From assembly GCA_027624915.1 (NCBI GenBank), contig JAQBTR010000003.1, forward strand, positions 5,627-69,626: a stretch of DNA of 64,000 nt, given 5' to 3'. Of the stretch, positions 16,881-26,911 are shown piece after piece (the stretch's first letter is position 1; the number at the start of each line of letters is the position of its first letter). Position numbers and translations under genes: made by a program. The notes under the pieces were generated by a model that was given only the letters and a program-made list of their open reading frames with translations, was not told where the DNA came from and ran no database searches. The DNA is from a bacterium (GTDB lineage: Bacteria > Patescibacteriota > Minisyncoccia > Ryanbacterales > GWA2-47-10b).

Positions 16881-18449
16881 CTAAATTGATTCTTTGAGGC
16901 GTGAAATCAAGAAGTCTCTATCAAGCGTTGAGAGAAACCAACCGGCTTGAGGACCAGAATCTCTGCCCAAAAATGCGACGTACAGTGCGGTAAAAAGATC
17001 CTTGGGAGCTATCCCCTCTGCCTCTTTGATACGATGAAGTTCTTCGTGGAATTTGGCGCCATCAAGAGATTTGTTTTCTTCAACAAATTGTAAAACACGT
17101 GCGAGTGCTTTTTTTTGACTGTCACTAAAACCTTTAACACCTTCTGGGATAGTATCTTTAGCTAGCACGAAACGATATTTTTCGGGAGCATAATTATCAA
17201 GCCAAAGCTTAGTAAATTCTACGCGCTCATTTAGTTCGGTCACCTCTTCTTTGGTGAGGACACTTTCTTTTAGTTCGGCGAATTGCTTTTCAGTATCTAC
17301 ATGCTCCATCTGAGCCACAAAAGCAATCGTTTGAAACCTAGGATGATACATTTCTTTTGGTGGCTTTGAATGATACAAAATCTCAAAAAGACGAGCATCG
17401 TCGTCGCCAACGCCATCCCAATACTTCTTGGCAATTTTATCGTGCCAGTCATACAAAAGCGGTAACAATTCACCTTGTGGGTCGATTGATGTTTGAACGG
17501 TAGGCTCCTTGCCGATGAGCGCTAAGCGCAATATAGCTGGTGGGAAGTTACTTGCGATCTCTCTTGAAGATACACCCCTGCCTCCTGACGAAGACATTTT
17601 TTTGCCATTTTTGTCCAAGAAGAACTCATATGGAATATCATATGGGGATTCAATATTAAATACTTTTTTGGCGATATTTGAGGCAACCTCACGCGCACCC
17701 CCCTTTGTTGAATGATCTTTACCGCCACCCTCAACATCAACTCCAACCACCTTCCATTTGGCAGCCCACTCAACCTTCCATGGAAGCTTAGCGCGGCCAT
17801 CCCATGGCTCTACACTACCTTCATTCTTACATCCAACAGCGCCCCCTGGGCCATCTAGACAACTATAACTAACCTTCTCTCCGTCCCATGCATGTGCCTG
17901 TGTTGTTCCAATCTTGCCACACTCCTCACACACAACTGACACAGGAAGCCAGTCGGACTTCTTTTCTGAACGGGAAACTTTTTTATATATATCACGGATG
18001 GTATCTGCGCTATCAAGAGCCTCACGAATAACATCGTTCATCTTGCCCTCTAAATAAAGCTCACTTGCATTGTAATACTCTGGAGTGAACCCAGATTCAG
18101 CAATCACGTCTTTAAACTCACTTGCATAATACTCAGCAAAATTCTTGGCCTTGCCGTCTGGAGAAGGTATATCTTTTAGTGGTTTACCTAGGTGTTCGCG
18201 CCATTCATCCTCATCCAATTCGGCAGGAATACCATCCATTGGATCGAAGTTATTTATTTCGTAAAGAAACTTGGCCTTTATTCCGTCCTCATGTAATACA
18301 TCTCTGATTGTTCCATGTATCGCCACGCCACGCATTGAACCAATGTGGACTCGGCCTGAAGCTGTCTTTTCATCACGTATAACAAGAGTGCCGTCGTTAC
18401 TTAAAAAACGCTTTTTTATTTCTTCTTTGTGTCTATCTGCCCAAAACAT
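16881..18449 (-). CDS. lysK: Lysine--tRNA ligase, class I.
   Basis: The N-terminus MFWADRHKEE...TASGRVHIGSMRG matches class-I LysRS (HWAD...TPSGYVHVGNFRE), as does the C-terminus FTALYVAFLGRDSGPQAGWFLSTLDRDFLISRL. KMSSS stands in for the KMSKS motif. A Zn-ribbon is also present. Confidence 0.8.
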   Translation of the reverse strand: MFWADRHKEEIKKRFLSNDGTLVIRDEKTASGRVHIGSMRGVAIHGTIRDVLHEDGIKAKFLYEINNFDPMDGIPAELDEDEWREHLGKPLKDIPSPDGKAKNFAEYYASEFKDVIAESGFTPEYYNASELYLEGKMNDVIREALDSADTIRDIYKKVSRSEKKSDWLPVSVVCEECGKIGTTQAHAWDGEKVSYSCLDGPGGAVGCKNEGSVEPWDGRAKLPWKVEWAAKWKVVGVDVEGGGKDHSTKGGAREVASNIAKKVFNIESPYDIPYEFFLDKNGKKMSSSGGRGVSSREIASNFPPAILRLALIGKEPTVQTSIDPQGELLPLLYDWHDKIAKKYWDGVGDDDARLFEILYHSKPPKEMYHPRFQTIAFVAQMEHVDTEKQFAELKESVLTKEEVTELNERVEFTKLWLDNYAPEKYRFVLAKDTIPEGVKGFSDSQKKALARVLQFVEENKSLDGAKFHEELHRIKEAEGIAPKDLFTALYVAFLGRDSGPQAGWFLSTLDRDFLISRLKESI

Positions 18450-18514
18450 TTTTTAAAACTAAAAGACGAGCCTTATAAGCCCGTCTAATAATTCGTTCTG
18501 ATTGAACACGGGTG

Positions 18515-19042
18515 TTAGGCGATGTCTATTATTAGATATTCTACCTTACCCTTTGGAGTTGATACAAGGACAGTTTCATTTTTCTTTGAACCGAGAAATG
18601 CTTGACCAATAGGAGATTTATTTGAGATTTTACCACTCGATGGATTAGCCTCTTCTCTGCCAACGAGAGTAAATGTAACAATTCCGTCACCCTTTTTCTG
18701 GCACTCAACAACAGAACCAATTGTGACGGTATCTCCCTTTTTGTGTTTTACTACTTTGGCGCGCGCCAAAAGACCCTCAAGCTTAATAATCTCGGCTTCG
18801 TTAATCATCTGCTCTTCTTTTGCTTCTGAATATTCGGCGTTCTCAGACAAGTCGCCCAGGCTCTTTGCATACTCAAGACGTTCAGCAATTTCGAGTCGAC
18901 GGGTAGATTTAAAGACCTCAAGACGTTTTCCGAGCTCCTTATATCCCTCTGGGGAAAGAAAGTCCTGTCCCTCTTCTATTTGTGTATCGTTTGTATCCAT
19001 ATAAGTCCTAATAAGGCTATATACTAAGGCTTTTTTGGTCAA
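18515..19042 (-). CDS. greA: Transcription elongation factor GreA.
   Basis: Coiled-coil N-domain and a GreA C-domain (ISNKSPIGQAFLGKKKGE-like). Confidence 0.85.
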   Translation of the reverse strand: MTKKALVYSLIRTYMDTNDTQIEEGQDFLSPEGYKELGKRLEVFKSTRRLEIAERLEYAKSLGDLSENAEYSEAKEEQMINEAEIIKLEGLLARAKVVKHKKGDTVTIGSVVECQKKGDGIVTFTLVGREEANPSSGKISNKSPIGQAFLGSKKNETVLVSTPKGKVEYLIIDIA

Positions 19043-19045
19043 ATG

Positions 19046-20755
19046 TCAATCCACAAGTGCCTCTATCCCACCATGCTCTATAATCCATGTGAATAACTCC
19101 GAAGCGACGGATGTAGCCCCTACAAGGTTTTTTCGGGGGGCAGATTCCATGAAAATAACTATGCCTATTTCAGGGTCCTCAACTGGTGTAAATGACATAA
19201 ACCAAGAGTGGACCTTATCCTTTTGTCCAAATTCTGCGGTTCCCGTCTTGGCGGCAATATTGTACGGAACCCACGAAATACCACTGGCGGTTCCCTCTGA
19301 ACCAGCCGAGCCCTTCATACCATCAATAACAACTTTTAAGTTTTCTGGATTAAGAGCTACAGTTTCGGTAATTCTTTTCTCACCACCCTCTAAAAGATGT
19401 GGTGTTATGAGTTCGCCTCCTCTAGCAATTGCTGCCAAACCTCGTGCAATTTCGATTGGTGTCGTTACAATAAATCCCTGCCCAATGCTTGCATTATATG
19501 TATCTCCAAGACGCCATGTTGGGTTTTGAGGATAGTTGTTCTCCTTCCAATCTGGATCTGGCAAGAATCCACTAGCTTCTCCACCAAGATCTATATCTGT
19601 TGGAGAGTTAAGTCCAAAACGAGAAAGCCAATCTTTCATTCGACGTATACCAAGTCCCGCTATGTCCTCATGGCCACCACCAATCGTAAAGAAGTACACA
19701 TTAGATGAGACGGCGATTGCGCGACGCATGTCTACATACCCGTGCGCCTTCCAGTCTAGAAAAGTAGAAAAGAGCTCTGGATCGTATGGATTTGGAATCG
19801 TAATCTCACCAGAACTATAAATGTTTTGATTTGGATCGATAATATTTTCCTCGAGAGCCGCAAGCGCCAAGAATGGCTTTATGATAGAACCAGGAGCATA
19901 TGCACCGGAAACCGCTCTATTAAATAGAGGGGCATTTCTGTCAGTAAAAATACGTTCAGCATCTTCGCTCGTTAGCCCACGCGTAAAAAGATTTATATCG
20001 TAACTTGGGACACTCACAAGAGATAGTATAGAACCATCTTTAATGTTAAATACGATGCCAGCGCCACCACGAAATCCTCGCTCTCTCATCGTTGACTCAA
20101 TATAACCCCAAAGTGCTTCTTGCATGTTTGCATCCAACGTCGTCTTGATGTCTTCTCCCTCGAGTGCTTGGATAACAAGCCCCTTTGCAATAACATCCCC
20201 TTTTGCATCCTGTTCTTGGTCTACTCGTCCTGGGACACCACGCAATAATTTGTCGTATTGATACTCAAGTCCACTCTTGCCCGTTTCTTCTATACCAGGA
20301 ATATCAGCACCACGTGCTATATCTTCTTCGGAAATGTCCCCCGTAAATCCAACGACATGGCTATATGCGTATGCGTGGCGTACCTCACGTTGATACTCAA
20401 TATCACCGTTTTCGTTTGTGACAGCAGTATTAAAGACTATTGGAACCCTATTTCTGTCGTATATAATTCCTCGAGGAGGGTTAATATAATTACGTTCAAT
20501 AAAATTATTCTCTGCACGCTTGGTTAACTCCTCTCCACGAACAATTTGTAACCACATAGCGCGTCCAATCATAAAAACACCAAACAACAATAAAAGAATA
20601 GCAAAAGAGTAAAATGCACTCTTGGCTAGTGGTTTTTCAAGAATCCCCTCAAAACGCTCCTTGGAGTATCCTGGTATATTTGTAGAATCCAAAAATACCT
20701 CATCGGGCGTAAGTAAGGATGATTTTTTAAATAATCTTTTCTTCCACCACCGCAT
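19046..20755 (-). CDS. mrdA: Penicillin-binding protein 2 (elongasome transpeptidase).
   Basis: SIIK (SxxK), SSN and KTGTA motifs. It lies directly downstream of mreBCD. Confidence 0.85.
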   Translation of the reverse strand: MRWWKKRLFKKSSLLTPDEVFLDSTNIPGYSKERFEGILEKPLAKSAFYSFAILLLLFGVFMIGRAMWLQIVRGEELTKRAENNFIERNYINPPRGIIYDRNRVPIVFNTAVTNENGDIEYQREVRHAYAYSHVVGFTGDISEEDIARGADIPGIEETGKSGLEYQYDKLLRGVPGRVDQEQDAKGDVIAKGLVIQALEGEDIKTTLDANMQEALWGYIESTMRERGFRGGAGIVFNIKDGSILSLVSVPSYDINLFTRGLTSEDAERIFTDRNAPLFNRAVSGAYAPGSIIKPFLALAALEENIIDPNQNIYSSGEITIPNPYDPELFSTFLDWKAHGYVDMRRAIAVSSNVYFFTIGGGHEDIAGLGIRRMKDWLSRFGLNSPTDIDLGGEASGFLPDPDWKENNYPQNPTWRLGDTYNASIGQGFIVTTPIEIARGLAAIARGGELITPHLLEGGEKRITETVALNPENLKVVIDGMKGSAGSEGTASGISWVPYNIAAKTGTAEFGQKDKVHSWFMSFTPVEDPEIGIVIFMESAPRKNLVGATSVASELFTWIIEHGGIEALVD

Positions 20756-21158
20756 ATCTCAAATAATAAAAAGAGTTTTTAAATAAAACAAATGTTACAA
20801 GTACTCCCATAGCAAGTACTATTTCTCGCAAGAGAAATGAGCTAAATCGCAAAAGTGTTGAAAAATCAAAAATACTAAAGACTGTAAGGTAAGTCACAAA
20901 GAATAAAACCGAATGCATACCAAGCCCCACTCCAAATGCGATAAACCAACCGACCCAAGAAGAATGATCAATCCTAAATAATAAAATACGAGCACCTAGA
21001 AGTGACGCAACAAATGACAACGAGAGAACACCGAACGAGAACTGACTAAAAAACTCTGTCACCAAGATCCCACCCACAATAGAACCTGCTAATACCGAAT
21101 TACGTCGGGAGGCAATGCCTAGGAGAAGAAGGGTGACTGTTATAAAGTCTATGGTCAT
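20727..21158 (-). CDS. mreD: Rod shape-determining protein MreD.
   Basis: 143-aa polytopic membrane protein positioned between mreC and mrdA. Confidence 0.5.
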   Translation of the reverse strand: MTIDFITVTLLLLGIASRRNSVLAGSIVGGILVTEFFSQFSFGVLSLSFVASLLGARILLFRIDHSSWVGWFIAFGVGLGMHSVLFFVTYLTVFSIFDFSTLLRFSSFLLREIVLAMGVLVTFVLFKNSFYYLRYAVVEEKII

Positions 21159-21168
21159 ATATAGTCAT

Positions 21169-21837
21169 CTAGAGCCCTACATGAGTGAGCGTGGTCACAT
21201 TTATGGGGTGAGTAATAATAAGTGTAATAAAGGGATTAGAGGCAACATCTTCTACGCGTGCCACAGAACCAATAGACAGTTGTCGCTCTTCGTCATAATA
21301 AATTGTATCACCACGTATAATGTCACTTCCTCTAGGTACGCGAGTCTCCAAGATGCCAGCGCCACGACCTTCAAGTCTAGCTGGTATACCAGAACGCTCA
21401 AAGACTCCATCAACCCCATATGATGGACTTGATACAATCTGCATACGACTTGATGAATTACCCTCGAATATAATAAATCCAATAAGAATATCTCCCTCTA
21501 CAATAGGAGTGCCCACCGGTATTGCCCTATTTAGAATCAAAATATCTCTAAATTCATCAGAACGTTTTGCAACTACTCTAATACTGTCATTATTTTGTAT
21601 TTCGGGCAGGTGTGATGTTAGTGAATCTGTACCAATGAGTAGTGATGCTGCCCCATCAAGCAAAAAACGCTCAAGCGGTGCAAGGACACGTGTCGTTACA
21701 ATAAGGGCTGAAAACAATAAAAAAACCCCTAATAAAATATATTTTGTGTTAATTGAGTGTCTCCTCATGTTCTGATTCGACAAGAACCTCACGAAGGCGA
21801 TCAAGATCTTCTGCAATGATACCAGCACCACGCACAA
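21169..21837 (-). CDS. mreC: Rod shape-determining protein MreC.
   Basis: N-terminal transmembrane helix plus beta-rich periplasmic domains. Position follows mreB. Confidence 0.6.
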   Translation of the reverse strand: MCVVLVSLQKILIAFVRFLSNQNMRRHSINTKYILLGVFLLFSALIVTTRVLAPLERFLLDGAASLLIGTDSLTSHLPEIQNNDSIRVVAKRSDEFRDILILNRAIPVGTPIVEGDILIGFIIFEGNSSSRMQIVSSPSYGVDGVFERSGIPARLEGRGAGILETRVPRGSDIIRGDTIYYDEERQLSIGSVARVEDVASNPFITLIITHPINVTTLTHVGL

Positions 21838-22798
21838 CAGCTGTAAGTGGATCTTCGGCCACCCTAACCGGAATTCGAGTTTCTCGTTCTATTAATACAT
21901 CAATACCTCGAAGTAGTGACCCTCCACCTATAAGAACGATACCGCGATGAATAATGTCAGCGACGAGTTCTGGTGGAGTCATTTCAATGGTCTCACGAAT
22001 AGCTTTTATAAATGTAGAAATTGAAGCGCGCATGGCTTCTCTAATATCAGCATCTGTTACCAACACTTCACGTGGAAGACCCGTTACCAAGTCTCTTCCT
22101 CGCATCGTTGCCTCCAGTGGTTCTTCTTGCTGGAGTACCGAACCAATAGCGATTTTGAGGTCTTCGGCAGTTCGCTCACCAAGTAAAAGCTTAAACTCAT
22201 CTCGCGCATATTGGATTATATCATTGTTAAGTCGATCACCTGCTACGTGTAGGTTCTTGGAAGCGACTATACCTCCAAGAGACACTACAGCGATGTCTGA
22301 TGTTCCACCACCAATATCTACAATCATGTTGCCCATTGGATCCTGCACCTCGAGTCGTACACCGATGGCTCCAGCCATTGGCTCTTCTACCAAGTAAGCC
22401 TCTGAAGCGCCAGCAGACAATGCTGCATCACGAACGGCACGTCGCTCTACTTCGGTGATGCCAGATGGTATGCCGATAACAATACGTGGTCGCACCCAAA
22501 GACTTCCACTCTCACCCAAGGCGCGTTTTATAAAATATCGGAGCATCTCCTCTGTAATTTCGAAGTCTGAAATAACACCGTCCACAAGCGGCCTAATTGC
22601 CACAATGTGACTTGGCGTTCGACCAACCATTCGTTTTGCCTCTGTACCTACCGCAACTACAGTTCCTGTTTTTTGGTTAAGCGCAATAACCGACGGTTCG
22701 TCGACTACAATGCCTCGTCCACTTACGTACACGAGAGTATTCGCGGTACCGAGGTCTATCCCGATATCGCTTTTTCTGAACTGGAACAGTCCTTTCAT
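21749..22798 (-). CDS. mreB: Rod shape-determining protein MreB (actin-like).
   Basis: DIGIDLGTANTLVYV...DIGGGTSDIAV are actin-fold phosphate motifs. Confidence 0.9.
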   Translation of the reverse strand: MKGLFQFRKSDIGIDLGTANTLVYVSGRGIVVDEPSVIALNQKTGTVVAVGTEAKRMVGRTPSHIVAIRPLVDGVISDFEITEEMLRYFIKRALGESGSLWVRPRIVIGIPSGITEVERRAVRDAALSAGASEAYLVEEPMAGAIGVRLEVQDPMGNMIVDIGGGTSDIAVVSLGGIVASKNLHVAGDRLNNDIIQYARDEFKLLLGERTAEDLKIAIGSVLQQEEPLEATMRGRDLVTGLPREVLVTDADIREAMRASISTFIKAIRETIEMTPPELVADIIHRGIVLIGGGSLLRGIDVLIERETRIPVRVAEDPLTAVVRGAGIIAEDLDRLREVLVESEHEETLN

Positions 22799-22844
22799 AT
22801 ATGATATGAGTTTTGTATTTTGTTAATTTAATTTTCCGCCCAAG

Positions 22845-22960
22845 AATTTCAGAATTTTGAGCGAGACGCAGTCAAAAATTTTGAAGGAATATCACAGATA
22901 TTTCGAAAGATTTTTGGCAAGTCGCAGCCTAAATTCGGAAATTATGGGACGGAAAATTAC
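22845..22960. promoter_or_regulatory. Tandem roughly 47-bp imperfect repeat carrying TTCnGAA-type palindromes, upstream of mreB.
   Basis: Unit 1: AATTTCAGAATTTTGAGCGAGACGCAGTCAAAAATTTTGAAGGAAT. Unit 2: TATTTCGAAAGATTTTTGGCAAGTCGCAGCCTAAATTCGGAAATTAT. Both share the pattern ATTTCnGAA..TTTTG.GC.AG.CGCAG.C.AAAATT..GAA. Confidence 0.5.
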
Positions 22961-22961
22961 T

Positions 22962-24203
22962 TTAATAAAGTACTAGTTTCAAAAATTCTTTTTGTGTAAT
23001 GAGGTTAGCATCTTTCTCTGTACGATGCTTAACCTCTATTTTGTCATCCGCCAACGTTTTGTCGCTTATGACAACTCTCCATGGAATACCAATTAAGTCG
23101 GCATCTCCAAACTTTTGACCGGCACTGAGATCTTCTCGATCATCGAGCAATACCTCAAGACCTTTCTCTACAAGCTCGTCGTAAAGTTTTTGGGCTTCAC
23201 CATTTGATTTTTCTGACAATGGTATTATGTGTACTCGGAACGGCGCTACTTCATCTGGCCACATAATTCCTTTGTCATCTGACTGTACTTCTGCAACGGC
23301 TCCCATCAAGCGAGACAATCCAATGCCATAGCATCCCATAATTACAGGACGAGGCTTGCCCTCCTTGTCTTTGTAGGTGAGCTGAAAGGCATCGGAATAC
23401 TTAGATTTGAGCGGAAATATGTTTCCTACTTCAATTGCCCTTGTCGCTTCAGTTGGAAGTTTCTCCTTACATTTGGGACAAGTACCCTCCAAATCCCCCA
23501 TAACCTCCTTATTTACAGCGATATTACACGCCTTGCAGATATAGATATCATCTTCTCCTGCATCCGTTATTGTCTGGTACTCATGCGAATATTTTGAAAA
23601 TGTGCCACCTGAGGCAAATGTCATAAGAGTACTTTTGCCAAGACCAACACGTTCGAATACTTTAGTGTATGCTTCTTTTGCCTTTTCATAATATACTTCG
23701 AAATCTTTTTCGTCAGCATGAAAAGAATATAAATCCTTCATTAAAAACTCGCGTCCTCGAAAAATACCGGACTTTGGACGAAGTTCGTTTCTAAACTTGG
23801 TTTGGATTTGATACACAGAAACTGGCAAGTCACGATATGACTCGACATATTTTTTTACGAGTGGGACAACAACTTCTTCGTGACTTTGACCGAGCACCAT
23901 ATTTTGTCCGGTATTGGTCTCAAGATGAAAAAGAACGTCTATGTCTTCACGTCCAGTTGTTTTATAGTTTTCGATTGGATGAAGAGCTGGCATGCGAACT
24001 TCTTGGCCGCCAATAGCGTTCATTTCTTCTCGTATTATCCTTTCGATATTTGAGAGTACGCGAAGTCCAAGTGGCAAAAAGGAATATACTCCTGCCATCA
24101 ACTTGTCAACATAGCCTCCTCGAACCAAAAACTGAGCATTTCTGGCTTGCTCATCTTTTGGAGCTTCTCGAAGGGTTTTGGTGAACAAACTAGACTGCAA
24201 CAT
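22962..24203 (-). CDS. proS: Proline--tRNA ligase, short form without the INS editing domain.
   Basis: The N-terminus aligns with bacterial ProRS (AGVYSFLPLGLRVL..IIREEM..IGGQEV). Class II motif 2 is FRGREF. An anticodon-binding C-terminus is present. At 413 aa the editing insertion is absent. Confidence 0.85.
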   Translation of the reverse strand: MLQSSLFTKTLREAPKDEQARNAQFLVRGGYVDKLMAGVYSFLPLGLRVLSNIERIIREEMNAIGGQEVRMPALHPIENYKTTGREDIDVLFHLETNTGQNMVLGQSHEEVVVPLVKKYVESYRDLPVSVYQIQTKFRNELRPKSGIFRGREFLMKDLYSFHADEKDFEVYYEKAKEAYTKVFERVGLGKSTLMTFASGGTFSKYSHEYQTITDAGEDDIYICKACNIAVNKEVMGDLEGTCPKCKEKLPTEATRAIEVGNIFPLKSKYSDAFQLTYKDKEGKPRPVIMGCYGIGLSRLMGAVAEVQSDDKGIMWPDEVAPFRVHIIPLSEKSNGEAQKLYDELVEKGLEVLLDDREDLSAGQKFGDADLIGIPWRVVISDKTLADDKIEVKHRTEKDANLITQKEFLKLVLY

Positions 24204-24244
24204 GCCAACATACTAGCATTCTAGGGTGTATTTGAAAATGGGTA

Positions 24245-25291
24245 TTATGAAACCAAAAGTAGGATATCTTTGTATGTAATCCAGAGTAAAAGCACAATCA
24301 AGAGAACAAAGAAAACTGAGTGGATGACGCCTGCGGTCTTGCCTGATATTTTGCGCCCACTCACCTTTTCAATAACAAAGAATAGAAGCCGTCCTCCGTC
24401 AAGTGCTGGAATTGGCAATATATTGATTATTGCGAGATTGAGAGACAGGAAGGCAATGAGTGTCAAAAAATGGATGATGCTCACTGAAAAGATCTCCTGC
24501 GCGACAACGGCAATACCGACTGGTCCTATAACATCTCCAGGAGAGCTACCGGTTGTCAGCAGTTTACCAAAGAAAAAGACAATACCCTCTACAAGATTAC
24601 TAAGCTCTGTTAGAGTACGCTTGAGTCCGGTCCATGGAGCTTTATACCATGCGACTCGCTCAAAACCTTTTTGTGCAATACCAATACGAACACCAAGTGA
24701 GCCTTCTCCCTCTGGAGAGTTAACTCGTGGGACGGCAGCAAACTCATAGAGCTCCCCCTCACGCTCAATCAAAAATGTTGCTTTCATACCTTTTTTAGAA
24801 TCTATGAAAGACATTACATCTTCGAGCCCAGGGTTGGTAATGCCGTCATTAAAGCCAATAATGAAGTCTCCATTTTCAATTCCAGAGGTCTCGGCCGGAG
24901 AGTTTGGTGCAATCTCACTCACTTCTACAGCAAACTGTGGTGTACCAAACCATGCCAAAAAAGTAAATATTAAATACCCGACAATAACGTTTGCGATTAC
25001 ACCTGCGGCAACCACAAGCGAACGCCTCCAAAATGACTGCGCTGAAAATGACCTAGGGTTATCTTCGTCACCATCCTCACCAAAAAGCCTTACAAAGCCA
25101 CCAAACGGCAGCCAATTGATGGAATACAGTGTCTCCCCCATCTGCTTGCCCCAGGCTTTTGGTGGTATACCAATACCAAATTCATCTACACGAATCCCAA
25201 ACCACTTGGCTACCAAAAAATGTCCCAATTCGTGGGATACGACTAAAAACAATATGATGACTAAAAATATTAGAATTGTCTCAAAAATCAT
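24245..25291 (-). CDS. rseP: Site-2 protease RseP (zinc metalloprotease).
   Basis: HELGHFLVAK HExxH motif in the first transmembrane helix, a PDZ region and an LDG motif. Confidence 0.8.
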   Translation of the reverse strand: MIFETILIFLVIILFLVVSHELGHFLVAKWFGIRVDEFGIGIPPKAWGKQMGETLYSINWLPFGGFVRLFGEDGDEDNPRSFSAQSFWRRSLVVAAGVIANVIVGYLIFTFLAWFGTPQFAVEVSEIAPNSPAETSGIENGDFIIGFNDGITNPGLEDVMSFIDSKKGMKATFLIEREGELYEFAAVPRVNSPEGEGSLGVRIGIAQKGFERVAWYKAPWTGLKRTLTELSNLVEGIVFFFGKLLTTGSSPGDVIGPVGIAVVAQEIFSVSIIHFLTLIAFLSLNLAIINILPIPALDGGRLLFFVIEKVSGRKISGKTAGVIHSVFFVLLIVLLLWITYKDILLLVS

Positions 25292-25842
25292 GAAGTTTCA
25301 ATCTCTTTTGCCTTGTGCTCCTCTATGCCTGCAATCTTTTTATTGCACTCGTTTATTATCTTTTGTACCGCGTCTTTTTCTCTAGATTTTACGTCTTCGC
25401 TTATCTCCTTACTCTTTTCGGCATCCTCAATAGATTTAACAACCTTATCACGAATACGACGCACAGCAATTCGAGACTCTTCTACTTTTTTGCCAAGAAC
25501 CTTAATTGTCTCGCGTCGTCTCTCTTCGGAAAGCTGAGGCATGGTCAGCCGAATAAACTTTTCGTCTACTGACATGCCCATGCCAAGTTTAGAAAGCTCA
25601 ATGGCTGTCTGTAGAGGGCCAAGCATTGTTGGGTCCCAAGGTTGCACGACGATTGTGCGTGCATCTGGTGTCGCAAGAGATGCCACCTCCTTTATTGGAA
25701 GCTTAGAGCCATATGCATCAACCTGTATATTTTCAACGAGTGCCGGCGTCGCACGTGACGAATGAAGTACCGAAATCTCTTGATTCAAGTGATCAAGAAT
25801 AGGTTCTAGGTCTTTTTTTGTATTATTTTGAAAGTCCGACAT
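25288..25842 (-). CDS. frr: Ribosome recycling factor.
   Basis: Typical RRF length of 184 aa, with the sequence pattern ...VDAYGSKLPIKEVASL... Confidence 0.85.
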   Translation of the reverse strand: MSDFQNNTKKDLEPILDHLNQEISVLHSSRATPALVENIQVDAYGSKLPIKEVASLATPDARTIVVQPWDPTMLGPLQTAIELSKLGMGMSVDEKFIRLTMPQLSEERRRETIKVLGKKVEESRIAVRRIRDKVVKSIEDAEKSKEISEDVKSREKDAVQKIINECNKKIAGIEEHKAKEIETS

Positions 25843-26911
25843 AAATGATATCTGGATTGGTTGGGTTTAATTCTATAAATGATACTGACTCCTGCAGTGG
25901 CAGACGGATCTCCTCCCATGTCACGCCACCTGTACTTGTTTTCCATATACGTTTTTCGGCAGCCATCCAAAAGATATTTCCTGACCTTGGATGAATACCA
26001 ATTGCTGTAATTGGGATTGTACCAGGAGTAATAGGAGTTTTAAAGGCCTCCCACGTCTTTCCGTTGTCATATGTCTCTATTAATCCATAGTCGGTTGCTG
26101 CCAACAATGATCCACGAGATGAATGATGCTTTATTACATTAACACTTTTGATACGTGTGCGGTCTATTGTTATTGGTAATCGCTTCGTCCACTCTCGTCC
26201 GCCGTTAGTAGTAGAATAAAACGCCCCCTTATTCCCAACAGCCCATAAAACACCCGTTTGTTCTTTGTGAGCCTCCAAAAGAGCTATACCCTCACCTGTT
26301 CTAGAAATAACCGCCCATGATTCGCCACTATTAGTACTTTCAAAAACACTACCATCTCCAGTGGTCATTGTTATGTGGGATGCATCGTTTAAATCAACTA
26401 TCACACCAAAAATACCAAGCTTTGGTTGAGACATTGTGAATACTTCTAGTATTCCGTTCTCTGTTATTTCGAGAAGTCGTCCAAAATTGTCTTGGAACAA
26501 GGCTACATACAACTTAGTGCCACTAGCATTTTGTGCGATGGCTGTAATATCTGAATTATTTTTTAGTACATCTTTTGAATCATTAACACGCAAAAGTTCC
26601 TGACTACCTGACTCTCTCACCCATAAACCATCATTATCAGTCCCAACATAGATTTGGTCTGTGTTGTTTGTACGAAATACAAAGATTCTAGGCTTTAAAT
26701 CCTGTGAACGCGGTACATCATGCCATGTAACACCCTTGTTATTCGAGACAATAATACTCGCCTCTCCAGAAAGATCGTGCTCGACCTCCTCAACCGTATC
26801 TTCTTTTTTGTCGTCTCCAGAAGAAGAAACCCGCCATACAACCAACGTTATAGTAGTAATAATTATTACTAAGGCAAAAAAGACTAGGAGTGTTTTTGTA
26901 AAATTATTCAT
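25823..26911 (-). CDS. BNR/Asp-box repeat (Ycf48-like beta-propeller) protein with an N-terminal transmembrane anchor.
   Basis: Repeated S-x-D/N-x-G-x-T/S-W motifs (STNSGESW, TTNGGREW, YDNGKTWE, STGGVTWE). Confidence 0.55.
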   Translation of the reverse strand: MNNFTKTLLVFFALVIIITTITLVVWRVSSSGDDKKEDTVEEVEHDLSGEASIIVSNNKGVTWHDVPRSQDLKPRIFVFRTNNTDQIYVGTDNDGLWVRESGSQELLRVNDSKDVLKNNSDITAIAQNASGTKLYVALFQDNFGRLLEITENGILEVFTMSQPKLGIFGVIVDLNDASHITMTTGDGSVFESTNSGESWAVISRTGEGIALLEAHKEQTGVLWAVGNKGAFYSTTNGGREWTKRLPITIDRTRIKSVNVIKHHSSRGSLLAATDYGLIETYDNGKTWEAFKTPITPGTIPITAIGIHPRSGNIFWMAAEKRIWKTSTGGVTWEEIRLPLQESVSFIELNPTNPDIIYVGLSK

